Shown one piece after another: positions 9,467 to 19,182 of a DNA stretch of 62,530 bases. The notes beneath the pieces were generated by a model. That model did no database searches. It saw nothing but the letters and a program-made list of their open reading frames with translations, and was not told where the DNA came from. Position numbers and translations under genes: made by a program. The DNA comes from a virus (Duplodnaviria; Caudoviricetes), in the IMG/VR virus record IMGVR_UViG_3300044691_000381, positions 1 to 62,530 of that record. One strand, 5' to 3'. Position 1 is the stretch's first letter, and each line of letters opens with the position of its first letter.

Positions 9467-10330
9467 ATGCTCGATCTCACGACATTACCGAGCGTACAGG
9501 CATGGATCAACGGCGGAAGCGCAGACGTCGTCAACCTCCAGTCGTGCATCACCGCCGCCTCCGTAAACTTCCTCAGCCTCACTGGAAGAGGTTTGACCAA
9601 CGGGGAGGACACGCAGTCTCCCTTCAATCAACCCGTGGCCTACACCGAGATCTACGACGGCAACGGCTCACGACGGCAGATGACGCGCAACGCACCGGTT
9701 CAGTCGATTCAATCGGTCATGATCGCAGGGCAGCCAGTCCCGGCGTCGACAGGTTTTGGCGTTCCAGGCTATGCGATCGATGCGAATGCGAAGTCCATCA
9801 TCCTTCAGGGTGGCAGATGGCACGTACAGAATGGCTTCGATCATCAGAGCGGCTTTTACCAGGGGCAGCAGACAGTCACGCTTGCGTACACGGCGGGGTA
9901 CACGACCAAAGCCGTCACCGGGGAGTTGCAGACGATCCCCGCCGGCCTAACCTTGAGCGCCTCGAGTCTTTCGCAGGGGCTGAACTGGCTGGCGGATGGC
10001 GGAGTGAAGTACTTCTCTGACGGCACGCCGCTGACGCCATCTCTCATCTCTCCCACAGTTGGGCAGTATTACATCGTTTCGCCTGGCGTGTACCTCTTCA
10101 ACGCGGCCGATGCAGCAAGGCAGGTGTTGCTCTCCTACACCGCCGCGGGCACACCGGCAGACATCGTGCTGGCGATCAATCAAATGGTCGCACTGAACTA
10201 CAAGCGTCGGCAATGGGTTGGGATTCGTTCTCTGGCGATGAAGGACGTCGGATCGACCTCCTACACGATGGACCTTGACCCATCGATTACCCGGGTCATC
10301 GACCTCTACAAGCGGACGGCGATTCTCTAA
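9467..10330 (+). CDS. Head-tail adaptor protein
   Basis: DLTTL start, YTEIYDGNG, YTAGY, PADIVLA...VALNYK; position after capsid. Confidence 0.8.
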   Translation: MLDLTTLPSVQAWINGGSADVVNLQSCITAASVNFLSLTGRGLTNGEDTQSPFNQPVAYTEIYDGNGSRRQMTRNAPVQSIQSVMIAGQPVPASTGFGVPGYAIDANAKSIILQGGRWHVQNGFDHQSGFYQGQQTVTLAYTAGYTTKAVTGELQTIPAGLTLSASSLSQGLNWLADGGVKYFSDGTPLTPSLISPTVGQYYIVSPGVYLFNAADAARQVLLSYTAAGTPADIVLAINQMVALNYKRRQWVGIRSLAMKDVGSTSYTMDLDPSITRVIDLYKRTAIL

Positions 10331-10797
10331 TGTTCGCCCTTGACGTCGAGCAGGCAGTAACGGGCATCGAGGAGAAACGCTCCCTCCTGACCGACATGCT
10401 AGCGGAGCGCATCGACCGCGTGAACGCAATGATGGCCGAGAGGGTCAGAGGAAACCTCTCCGGTGCCGTACTCAACCGGCAGAGCGGAAAACTTCTGGAC
10501 ACGGTGCAGCAAGTCCCCACGCAACTCTCAGGCGACGAACTTTACGCCTCAGTTTCAGCCGGGGGGCCGGAAGCGCCTTATGGAATTTACTTCGAAGAGG
10601 GCGGCACGGAGTTCTACACCATCGCCCCCGTGAATGCGCGTGCGCTGGCGTTCATGATGGGCGGCCGCAAGATATTCGCCAAGATCGTGAACCATCCGCC
10701 TACTCCGAAGTTGCCGTGGTTCCAGCCTGAAGTCCTGACGGCGATGGACGAAATGCCTCAGCAGCTCAGGCAGGTCATCAGCGAGGTTCTGGCATGA
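10330..10797 (+). CDS. Neck / tail-completion protein (HK97 gp10-like)
   Basis: SGKLLDTV, APYGIYFEEGG, ARALAF..GG..IFAK.VNHP. Confidence 0.75.
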   Translation: MFALDVEQAVTGIEEKRSLLTDMLAERIDRVNAMMAERVRGNLSGAVLNRQSGKLLDTVQQVPTQLSGDELYASVSAGGPEAPYGIYFEEGGTEFYTIAPVNARALAFMMGGRKIFAKIVNHPPTPKLPWFQPEVLTAMDEMPQQLRQVISEVLA

Positions 10798-11240
10798 CGA
10801 ACACCGAGCAGATGATGACGGCGCTGTTCAACCTCGCTCTGACTCTGAAGGACTCGTCGACACCGTTCAAGGTGATGAGCCGGAGATTCAGGCACTTCAA
10901 CGACGTAGCGGCAGAGGACATGCCCGCATTCTTTCAGTTCCAGGCGCCAGGCCGAATGACGGAGGGCGGTGTACGAGCCCTTCCAGTGAAGCGGCAGAAG
11001 GTCTACTGGATCGTTTACCTTCCAGGAAGTCCGGACCTGAACACAACCGTTTCTCCTGCAATGAACCAGTATTACGACGCGCTCTCCAGCCTTCTCGTCT
11101 CTCCGATCCAAGGAAGGCCGAACACGTTAGGCGGGCTGGTCGCCAACTGCTACGAAGAGGGGCAGGGCATCAACGACGAAGGTCTGCTTGATACCCCATC
11201 CCTGATTTCAATCCCCATCACCATCCTCACAGGCTTTTAG
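10794..11240 (+). CDS. Tail terminator
   Basis: 148 aa before tail tube; PAFFQ, NTLGGLV motifs. Confidence 0.75.
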   Translation: MTNTEQMMTALFNLALTLKDSSTPFKVMSRRFRHFNDVAAEDMPAFFQFQAPGRMTEGGVRALPVKRQKVYWIVYLPGSPDLNTTVSPAMNQYYDALSSLLVSPIQGRPNTLGGLVANCYEEGQGINDEGLLDTPSLISIPITILTGF

Positions 11241-11272
11241 CTCCGACCTGACCCGGAAGCAAGGAGAAAACT

Positions 11273-12028
11273 ATGTCTCAGCTCAACGGAATCCAGTTCG
11301 GGTCAGGCGTTGTCTTTGCCACCCCCGTCGCAGGCAATCTCGCCACCAATCCCACGCCGGTTGAAGTCGGCATCATCCAGGACGTAAAGCTCACGCTGGG
11401 TGCCGAGATCAAGGAACTCTTCGGGCAGTATCAGTGGCCCGTCGACACCGCCGTCGGCAAGCGCACCGTCAAGGGCTCGTTCAACTTCGCGCAGATGTCG
11501 AACAGCTTCTTCAACCAGACATTCTTTGCTGATGCGGTGACCACCGGAACCATCTCCACCGCCTACAACGAGGCTGGAGCGATTCCGGCGACGACCACCT
11601 ACACGGTTACGGTCACGAACTCCGCGATGTTTGTGGGCGACCTCGGCGTTACCTACGCGCTCACCGGCAAGAAGTTCACCCACGTCACCACCGGCCCCAC
11701 GGTCGGGCAGTACACCTATGCTGCCGGCGTCTACACCTTCGCCGCGGCGGACGCGAGCGTTGCAGTGCTCATCAGCTACACCTACACCACTGCCACAGTC
11801 GGTACGACCCTCACGGTTGGCAATCACGTCATGGGTTATGGACCGATCGTGTCCCTGACCATCCCCTTGCTGTACCAGGGCGGCGCGGCATCGATCGTGC
11901 TCCCCAACTGCCGTCTGGGCAAGATCGACTTCACCACGAAGCTCGATGACTACCTCATGATGTCCACCGACTTCCAGGCCTTCGCTGGAGCAGGCGGGAA
12001 TCCCATCAACATCTACAACCTTCAATAA
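11273..12028 (+). CDS. Major tail tube protein
   Basis: FGSG, KELFGQYQWPV, KLDDY..DFQAF; AAGGAG SD. Confidence 0.85.
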   Translation: MSQLNGIQFGSGVVFATPVAGNLATNPTPVEVGIIQDVKLTLGAEIKELFGQYQWPVDTAVGKRTVKGSFNFAQMSNSFFNQTFFADAVTTGTISTAYNEAGAIPATTTYTVTVTNSAMFVGDLGVTYALTGKKFTHVTTGPTVGQYTYAAGVYTFAAADASVAVLISYTYTTATVGTTLTVGNHVMGYGPIVSLTIPLLYQGGAASIVLPNCRLGKIDFTTKLDDYLMMSTDFQAFAGAGGNPINIYNLQ

Positions 12029-12053
12029 TCCACGCAGTAAAAAGGAGTAATTC

Positions 12054-12395
12054 ATGCGGAAAGTCCTGTCACTTGACGGCATCGACTACACCCTGTCGAC
12101 CATCACCAATGAGGTCGCCAAAAGCTTTGGCGATTTCAAGTCGGAAGATGGAACGATGTATAAGGGCCGCGAGTTCAATACGGCCATCATCACAGCATCA
12201 CTCAAAGCTGGCGGTCACTCCGACGCCAGCGAGTTGATTTCTGCGCTGCCATATTTCATCGCTGACACGTTTGTTGCGCTGCGCGACGCCGCATACGAAG
12301 TCAACGGATTCAAGCCCGTCAAAACGGGGGAAGAGGCGCCGGGGGAGACTCCGGCGGAAGCGGTATCGACTGGCTCCTCGTCTACGGACGCCTAG
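12054..12395 (+). CDS. Tail assembly chaperone (gpG-like)
   Basis: Between tail tube and tape measure; contains slippery site. Confidence 0.8.
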   Translation: MRKVLSLDGIDYTLSTITNEVAKSFGDFKSEDGTMYKGREFNTAIITASLKAGGHSDASELISALPYFIADTFVALRDAAYEVNGFKPVKTGEEAPGETPAEAVSTGSSSTDA

Positions 12396-12688
12396 CCAGA
12401 GAGTTCCACCTCACTTACTCCCAGATCGACGCCATGTTGCTAACGGAGACCTGGGAGCGGCTTGAATATCTCGCCATCGAGCCATCCCAGGCCCACCTGC
12501 TCCTAGTCATCGCTCAGATGCTCGGGTATAAACACCAGAAAAACACCCAGAAAACCCAGCAACAATCGTCTCCCGGCGAGATCCAGGCGGCCCTTGGGTC
12601 ATTTCCAAAAGCCTCCTACGCCCACATGCCTGAGTGGATCAAAAACTCCCCGGGATTCCAGAAGCTGGTCGCTGAATTGAGGTCGTAA
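12054..12688 (+). CDS. Tail assembly chaperone gpGT (frameshift product)
   Basis: -1 frame continuation ends at TAA overlapping the tape measure ATG. Confidence 0.8.
12326..12332 (+). promoter_or_regulatory. -1 programmed frameshift site G-GGG-GAA
   Basis: In-frame GGGGGAA; the -1 frame is open from here (GRGAGGDSGGSGIDWLLVYGRLAREFHL...) into ORF 12434-12688. Confidence 0.85.
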
Positions 12689-15600
12689 TGGATAACGAGC
12701 TCAGTTTTACGACGCGGGTTGACCTCTCCGGCCTGAATGCGGGAGCCTCCGAAGCGCAAGTCATCCTGGAGAAGCTTTTAGAGACGACGGTCGGCGCAAT
12801 GGAACAGGAGGCGGCTGCTTTCAATGCCGTCTCTGAGGCTTTCGCGGAGTTCGATGCATTTCTAGAGCAGGGGGTAGCGGATAGCAACGCTTATGCAGCC
12901 TCCATCTCGGAGATTGCGGCTAGCTATGGGGCCAAGGCTCAGGCAGAGCAGGAATCCATAAACCTGATGCAGCAGGAGGCCGAGGCCTTCAATGCTGTTT
13001 CTTCAGCCTTTGCCGAGTTCGATTCATTGCTGGCGGCCGGAATCTCCGAAAACGAAGCGTATGCAGCGTCGCTGACTCAGATTTCCACGGGTTACGAGGC
13101 TCAGGTTGCGGCCCAGCAGGCCGCCGCCACCGCCGCCGCCGATGCCGCCGCGTCACAGGCAATTGCAGAGATAATGCTGCAGGCGCTTTCGCAACAGAGG
13201 ACCGATCAGGAGATCAAGTCTGCGGCGTTCATGCGGGGCATCTATGCCGAACGCGCTTCAGCCACGGCGTTTGCTGTCGAGTCCAACGCTTCCTATGCGG
13301 CTTCTGTCGCACAGGTAACCGCTGCCTACCAAAGCCTCACCGGCGTCCAGTCCGAGCAGGTGGCAGTTCAGGAAGCTTCCGCCAGCACTGGTGTAGCTTC
13401 ACTGGAAGCCGCCACAGCAGCCGAGACTGACTTCGCCACCACGGTAGAAGCAGCTAATGCCCAACTTGAGGCCCAGGGCGTCCTCTGGCTTCAGAATGCA
13501 CAAGCCGCAGAGGCTGTTGCCGCGCCCGTCGCAGTCATCACGGAAGCGAATGCGGCGGTTGGGGCAAGTGCCGTTGCGTCCGCCGATGAAGGCGTAGCCG
13601 CCTATGCAACTTTGGAGCAGGCCACCCAGGCCGTTGCCGATGCAACCATGCTCCTTGCTTCGGTTCAGGAGCAGTTTGGCCGACAGGCGGCTCTCGGCAA
13701 CGAATGGGCCATTTCCACCATCAAGCAATATGAAGTTGAGCTGGCTCAGGCGAATGAGGCCGTCCAGATTCTCTCTGCATCGCAGGCGGAAGAGACCGCA
13801 GTACTCTCCGAAAACACCGTAGCGGTAGCCGCGAACACCGCAGCGAACTACAGCCGCGCAGAGGCTTTGGGCGCCGCAAGGGTGGGCGCTGCGGCTACCA
13901 CGGGCTCTCTGGGCGGGATGGAGATGGGCCTGGCGCGGGTCGCCGCCGCCTCTTCGACGCTGGGGCCGATCCTTCAGGCGATCTTTCCCTTCGCTGCGAT
14001 CGCTGCCGGCGTGTTCATCGTCTACCAGTTGGGCGAGGCCTTCGAAAAAGCCTACGAGAAGGCTAGCCAAGCCGGTCAGGAGATGGCGCGCGCCTTCGAT
14101 GAGGCAAACGACAAGATCGATCTCCAGAACTCCGAACTTGATGTCCAGAACGACAAGCTCCAGCAGCAGATAGACAAGCTTGAGGGCAACCATAACAACG
14201 GGCTGAAGACGGCGCTGGATGAGGCAATCGTCTCTGCTGACAAACTGCAAAAGATGCTTGCGGGCGACACCGCGGAACTGGCAAAGCTCCTCAAGGAGCA
14301 TGACGTCACCGCCTTTCAGGGCGCAGTATTCAGTGTTGGTTCGACCACGGCGGTAGGCAAGGAACTCACCGAGGCTTCGAAGAAGAAAGAGTTGGACGAG
14401 GCGAATCTCCGCGACTCGCACACCGACAAGTTGACCGACATCGCTTCGCGCGCACCTGCGGCCAAAACAAAGGATGAAAAGGACGCAATACGGGCAGAAG
14501 AGACCAAAGCGCAGGACGAATACTACAAGGGCCTCCAGAAGATTCAGCAGCACTATATCGACTTCGTCAAATCGAAAAACGATGAGCAGCTGAAGCTTCA
14601 GCGGGAGAACAACAACGCTGTCAGGCTGGCCGCGCAGGGATTTGTCGAACGCGGAAACGCACCCGCAGACACCGACTACAGCCCCGGCGTTGCCCTTACC
14701 GGCGGGGAACTGAGCAACGCCCAGCGGAGAATGAAAACGCTGAAGGCCGAGCAGCTGCAGGGTTCGCTTGATGCCGAATTGGATCCCCTGAAAGCCGCGA
14801 AGGGACCGAAGGGGCCAAAAGGCCTCGACCCTGCACAGGCGCGGCTGAAGGAGATTGAGGAGCAATTCTCCGAACTCCAGGCGGCTACTGCCAGCATCCA
14901 CGCACGCCCCCTCAATCCAGAGGAAGCCCTTGCGTTCTGGAGTCCATTCCTCGCTGAATTTGAAAGCGGGAGCCAGCACTATAAGAAGCTTGTCGATCAG
15001 GCCAGCGACTACGAGCCTGGCAGCGCAATGTCCAAGAAGCTCCTGATTGAGGCTGGAAAACTATCCGGAGCGAACTCGGCATACAAAAAAGTTCTCGATG
15101 AGGTCAACAAGGGCAACGAGGCGAAGCACAAGGATACCTTCAAGGAACTGCTGACATACGACCCAAGCGCCGCGAAGCAGTTCGCGAGCGGGGCGGCCGA
15201 GTATCAAGTGGCACTGAAGGCTATCGCCAAGGACACCGACGAAGACCTCCGCGCCCAGAGCGAAATCGGCAAGAGTCAGATTGAGATCAGGAAAGAGTTT
15301 GCCAAGACAAACGATACCCTGACGCACACCGGAGAGGCTTGGGTCGCCTACACCAGAGAAGTCGCAAAGGGGCAGGAGATCCAGGCAGACAACGCCGCTA
15401 AGTTCCGCGCTGCCAACACGGCAATTGATGAGGCCGATGGGCGCATCACCCACCTCGCCGCCGTCGAGCGGAAGGCCAAGCAGGATGCTGAGGATTGGAC
15501 CGAAAAGATCAAGCTTCTGCGGGATGAACTGAAGGCCCTGCAGGCGCAAGCGCAGATCAAAATCGATCCAATCACCGGGCAGTCGGTCAACACCGACCCG

Positions 15601-16503
15601 AAGAATGCGCAGCAGCAACAGCAGGTTCAGAACAAGATTGCGCAGGCCGAGGGTGGGCAGGCCGTCAGCGGTGCCAACAATAATCAAGCGCAGGCACAAG
15701 CACTCGCCGCCCCATATCTTAAGGCGTTCGACCAGATCAATCAGGGATGGCTCAAGGTGCAGAGCGATCTGATCATGGGCAACAAGAACATCGCCCGCGA
15801 CTTTGTGCAGATGGGAGCGAACCTTGTTCAGGCTGGTGCGCAGGCGGCTGAGAAGTGGCTCGCAAAGCAGATCTCGACCTACATCCTGGATGTTGCGCGC
15901 CACCACATCGCAACCACCACGAAGACGGTCGCAACGACCGCCGCTACCACTGCGGAAACCACCGCTCAGACCACGGCGCTCGCCGCCCAGACCGCAGCAG
16001 TTACCACTGCGGTAGCAGCGCAGACCGCGGCTGTAGCGACAGGAGCGGCAGCACAGACTGCGGCGATTATTACGGCCACCACCGCAGCACAAACCGTAAC
16101 GGCAACAGCCGACGTCGCCGAAGCCTCAAGCTACGCAGCAGTCGCCGCAGCGGGCACGCTCGCCTACTATTCAGGCTTCGCACCAGAAATCGCACCGGAA
16201 ATGGCCGCTGCGCAATACGGAATCGGCATGGCATTTGCGGGAATGGCCGCTTTCGACACTGGTGGCGTCATCCCGGGATCAGGAGCAGTGCCAATCATCG
16301 GCCACGGTGGAGAGCGCGTCTTGACGCCGGGCCAGACCAACACATTCGAGAACTTCGTCTCAAACATGACCAACAACTCGCAGGGTGGAAACAGCACCGT
16401 GAATGCGAGCGTTCAGCAGAACTTCCACGGTGCCAAAGCCTCATCCGCAAGGGAGACGCAGGCCTCGATAAAAAACCTGATGCGGCGAGGAAAACTCGCC
16501 TAG
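12688..16503 (+). CDS. Tape measure protein
   Basis: 1271 aa, Ala/Gln-rich helical, internal hydrophobic segment, C-terminal FDTGG...HGGERVL. Confidence 0.93.
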   Translation: MDNELSFTTRVDLSGLNAGASEAQVILEKLLETTVGAMEQEAAAFNAVSEAFAEFDAFLEQGVADSNAYAASISEIAASYGAKAQAEQESINLMQQEAEAFNAVSSAFAEFDSLLAAGISENEAYAASLTQISTGYEAQVAAQQAAATAAADAAASQAIAEIMLQALSQQRTDQEIKSAAFMRGIYAERASATAFAVESNASYAASVAQVTAAYQSLTGVQSEQVAVQEASASTGVASLEAATAAETDFATTVEAANAQLEAQGVLWLQNAQAAEAVAAPVAVITEANAAVGASAVASADEGVAAYATLEQATQAVADATMLLASVQEQFGRQAALGNEWAISTIKQYEVELAQANEAVQILSASQAEETAVLSENTVAVAANTAANYSRAEALGAARVGAAATTGSLGGMEMGLARVAAASSTLGPILQAIFPFAAIAAGVFIVYQLGEAFEKAYEKASQAGQEMARAFDEANDKIDLQNSELDVQNDKLQQQIDKLEGNHNNGLKTALDEAIVSADKLQKMLAGDTAELAKLLKEHDVTAFQGAVFSVGSTTAVGKELTEASKKKELDEANLRDSHTDKLTDIASRAPAAKTKDEKDAIRAEETKAQDEYYKGLQKIQQHYIDFVKSKNDEQLKLQRENNNAVRLAAQGFVERGNAPADTDYSPGVALTGGELSNAQRRMKTLKAEQLQGSLDAELDPLKAAKGPKGPKGLDPAQARLKEIEEQFSELQAATASIHARPLNPEEALAFWSPFLAEFESGSQHYKKLVDQASDYEPGSAMSKKLLIEAGKLSGANSAYKKVLDEVNKGNEAKHKDTFKELLTYDPSAAKQFASGAAEYQVALKAIAKDTDEDLRAQSEIGKSQIEIRKEFAKTNDTLTHTGEAWVAYTREVAKGQEIQADNAAKFRAANTAIDEADGRITHLAAVERKAKQDAEDWTEKIKLLRDELKALQAQAQIKIDPITGQSVNTDPKNAQQQQQVQNKIAQAEGGQAVSGANNNQAQAQALAAPYLKAFDQINQGWLKVQSDLIMGNKNIARDFVQMGANLVQAGAQAAEKWLAKQISTYILDVARHHIATTTKTVATTAATTAETTAQTTALAAQTAAVTTAVAAQTAAVATGAAAQTAAIITATTAAQTVTATADVAEASSYAAVAAAGTLAYYSGFAPEIAPEMAAAQYGIGMAFAGMAAFDTGGVIPGSGAVPIIGHGGERVLTPGQTNTFENFVSNMTNNSQGGNSTVNASVQQNFHGAKASSARETQASIKNLMRRGKLA

Positions 16504-16511
16504 GAGAAACC

Positions 16512-16670
16512 ATGCATTGCTCAGTCCATCCGCAATTCCATCCGTTTTGTCCGCAGTGCATCGTCCTCAGCCGGGAACCAGTGCCTGAACCGGTAGCCGA
16601 GCCAGAAGCGAGCAATGGAACGACAGAAACCGCTGTGAGGTTCGATGACTCTGCCGATATTTCCCTCTAA
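16512..16670 (+). CDS. Small Cys/His protein
   Basis: AGGAG SD; MHCSVHPQFHPFCPQC... Confidence 0.5.
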   Translation: MHCSVHPQFHPFCPQCIVLSREPVPEPVAEPEASNGTTETAVRFDDSADISL

Positions 16671-17394
16671 TGTCAGAGGATTGACCTATCCGGTCACCAA
16701 AACACCGGGATTCAACACCGTCGTCCAGAGCGCGCCGAACCTCTTAGCGACCACCGTTGCGCAAACCTACAACCCTGCGTGGACGTGGGAACTTATTTAT
16801 GAGTTTCTGAAGGAAGACCCGAACGACTTACTCTCTGGCTCGACTTACACCGACTACAGGCTGTTCCAGGGCTTTCTCCTTCAGGCACAGGGGCAGGCTA
16901 ACTCGTTTTTGTTCGATGACCCGACCGACGATTACGTGGGTCCGGCTCTGATTTTGGGGAGTCCAAACCCCCACGCTCAATTGCAACTCGTCAACGACGG
17001 GGCAGGGAATTACTACTCGCCGATTCAACGAAACTTCGGCGGGCAGTTCTACGAGGACATCACCGACCTGAACGGCGCGATCGCGGTGTATGCCAATGGC
17101 ATCCTCCAGAACAGTGTTTCGGGGGGCACGGCGGGTGCCTACACTATCGTCGGGCCCGGGCTGGCGCTTCCAGGTTCTTCCTATATGGGACTTGTCATCA
17201 AGTGGGCAGCAATGCCTACGGGTCCGATCAATGCACAATTCAACTTCTACTTCAGGGTGCGGTTTCCTGAAGACAAGACCGGCATCTCTCAATTCTCCAG
17301 TCAGCATTGGACGATTGGCGGATCATTCGGCGGAAGCGGCTCTTCTTCCGCGATGTCGATCATGCTGACTTCATCGCGGCCGGTGCAGGTATGA
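16645..17394 (+). CDS. Distal tail protein (DUF2460-like)
   Basis: LPIFP..GLTY..TKTP.F.T, QGQANSFLFDDPTD, FYFRVRF. Confidence 0.85.
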   Translation: MTLPIFPSNVRGLTYPVTKTPGFNTVVQSAPNLLATTVAQTYNPAWTWELIYEFLKEDPNDLLSGSTYTDYRLFQGFLLQAQGQANSFLFDDPTDDYVGPALILGSPNPHAQLQLVNDGAGNYYSPIQRNFGGQFYEDITDLNGAIAVYANGILQNSVSGGTAGAYTIVGPGLALPGSSYMGLVIKWAAMPTGPINAQFNFYFRVRFPEDKTGISQFSSQHWTIGGSFGGSGSSSAMSIMLTSSRPVQV

Positions 17395-18305
17395 AGCAGG
17401 TCACCGGGGGCAACGGGCAGGATACGACAGCCGCCGTCGTGGCGCATCTTGCCGCGCATAAAGATCTGAAGCTCGCGAACCTCTACCTGATCGGCGAGGC
17501 CGACGACCCCGCGGCGCTGTGGCTGACCGACTATGAGTCGCCGCTGCTGTGGTCGGCGTGGGGAACGTTCCTGACGACGGTGATCACGCGCGGCACGGTG
17601 TCCAGCAAGATCGGCCTCGAGGCGGAGAGCCTCGACCTGACCTGGTCGCCGAAGAACGAGGTGCTGACGACGTCGATCGCGACGGCCAGCCCGTACCAGT
17701 TGGCGCGCATGGGCTACTACGACAACAAGCGCGTGCGGGTGTGGCGCTGCGTGATGCCGACTGCGGGAGACGCCAACACCTTTGGCGCGTATGAGCTCTT
17801 CGGCGGGTTCGTCGGGCAGTCCGAGCCGACGCGCGGGTCGATCAAGTTTTCGGTCAACAGCTACATGTATGTGCTGGATCAGAAGGTGCCGAGCGGCGTG
17901 ATCGAGGTGACGGATACGCTGGCGAGTTATACCGGGTTCAAGCCTCCAAACACTTTCGGGGTGATTCCGCAGTTCGCCATCTTCGCCGGCAGCACGACGA
18001 ACGTCCTGGTGTGCGATCAGGTGACGCCGAACGCGCTGGGGATTCCGGGCAACGATGTTCTGAACGATGCGTTCGCTGTCTTCAACGGCGGCGCGGGCGC
18101 GACCCTGCAGGGGCAGTACAGCATCATCGGACGCAACACGACATTTATCGACGGGCACGGCAACCATCACACGCAGCTGCAGCTGATGGCGCCGCTGGAG
18201 TGGGCACCGACGCCGGGAGTGGATACGTTCTTTATCGCCGCTGCGCCGAATATGCAGGGGGCAAAGGGATTTCCGTTTGTGCCGAGTGCGGAGACAGCAT
18301 TATGA
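17391..18305 (+). CDS. Baseplate hub (DUF2163-like)
   Basis: WLTDY, LFGG.VG, C-terminal GFPFVPSAETAL. Confidence 0.85.
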   Translation: MKQVTGGNGQDTTAAVVAHLAAHKDLKLANLYLIGEADDPAALWLTDYESPLLWSAWGTFLTTVITRGTVSSKIGLEAESLDLTWSPKNEVLTTSIATASPYQLARMGYYDNKRVRVWRCVMPTAGDANTFGAYELFGGFVGQSEPTRGSIKFSVNSYMYVLDQKVPSGVIEVTDTLASYTGFKPPNTFGVIPQFAIFAGSTTNVLVCDQVTPNALGIPGNDVLNDAFAVFNGGAGATLQGQYSIIGRNTTFIDGHGNHHTQLQLMAPLEWAPTPGVDTFFIAAAPNMQGAKGFPFVPSAETAL

Positions 18306-18658
18306 GCAAACTTCATCAAATGGCAGACGGAATGTATGCCTTTCATTGTCCCGGCTGTGGATCTTCCCATCAGGTTACAGTGGAAGGCACACGCAATGGC
18401 TCTTTGGCAAAGTGGGGATGGAACGGCTCGATAGATAAGCCGACCTTCTCCCCGAGCATCCTGATCAGGTCAGGTCACTATGCCGACGGCCTCAGCGGCC
18501 AGTGCTGGTGTACCTATAACGCTGCTCGTCCGAATGAGCCGGCATCATTTGTCTGTTCTGTCTGTCATTCCTTCGTTGCCGACGGGAGGATTCAATTCCT
18601 CGGCGACTGCACGCATGCGCTTGCTGGCCAGACGGTTGAAATTCCGGAGTGGGAATGA
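18302..18658 (+). CDS. DUF6527-like Zn-binding protein
   Basis: FHCPGC..H, WGWNG..DKPTFSPSI, CHSFV.DGRIQFL.DC.H.LAGQTV. Confidence 0.8.
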   Translation: MSKLHQMADGMYAFHCPGCGSSHQVTVEGTRNGSLAKWGWNGSIDKPTFSPSILIRSGHYADGLSGQCWCTYNAARPNEPASFVCSVCHSFVADGRIQFLGDCTHALAGQTVEIPEWE

Positions 18659-19113
18659 TCAGCCGCGAATATGCCGTCGAGACTGCGCTGGCCTGGAAGG
18701 GCACGCCCTACATCAAAGGCGCGCGCATCCAGGGCGTGGGGTGCGACTGCGAGACGCTGCTCGAGGCTTACCTGATCGCCATCGGCGCGGCGAAGAGCTT
18801 CGAGCATCTGCCGCTGTTCCAGCAGGACTGGTTTTGTCACACCACGGAGGAACGCTACCGCGATGAGCTGGCGAAGTATGCGGCCTGTACCTGGGAGGGC
18901 CGCTGCATCGGCACGCCGCCGGCGCTGCCCGGTGATATTGCGATCTACCGCGTTGTAGGCAGCAAGGTCTACAACCACGGCGGCATCATCACCGGCTGGC
19001 CGAAGGCGATTCATGCTTATGGCGACAGGGGCGTCTGCGAGGCGCGGCCGGCGCTGCATCCGCTGACGGCGTATCAGGAGATGGCCGTGTTTAGCCCGTG
19101 GGAAAAGCGATGA
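18655..19113 (+). CDS. NlpC/P60 tail-tip peptidase
   Basis: W.GTPY, GVGCDC, PGDI, NHGGI, IHA. Confidence 0.9.
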   Translation: MISREYAVETALAWKGTPYIKGARIQGVGCDCETLLEAYLIAIGAAKSFEHLPLFQQDWFCHTTEERYRDELAKYAACTWEGRCIGTPPALPGDIAIYRVVGSKVYNHGGIITGWPKAIHAYGDRGVCEARPALHPLTAYQEMAVFSPWEKR

Positions 19114-19182
19114 AGCAGATCCTCCGCCTGCGGCGAAGGATGACAACCAAGTAAAGCTCTTTTGTTGTGAGGATTTTTCTTT

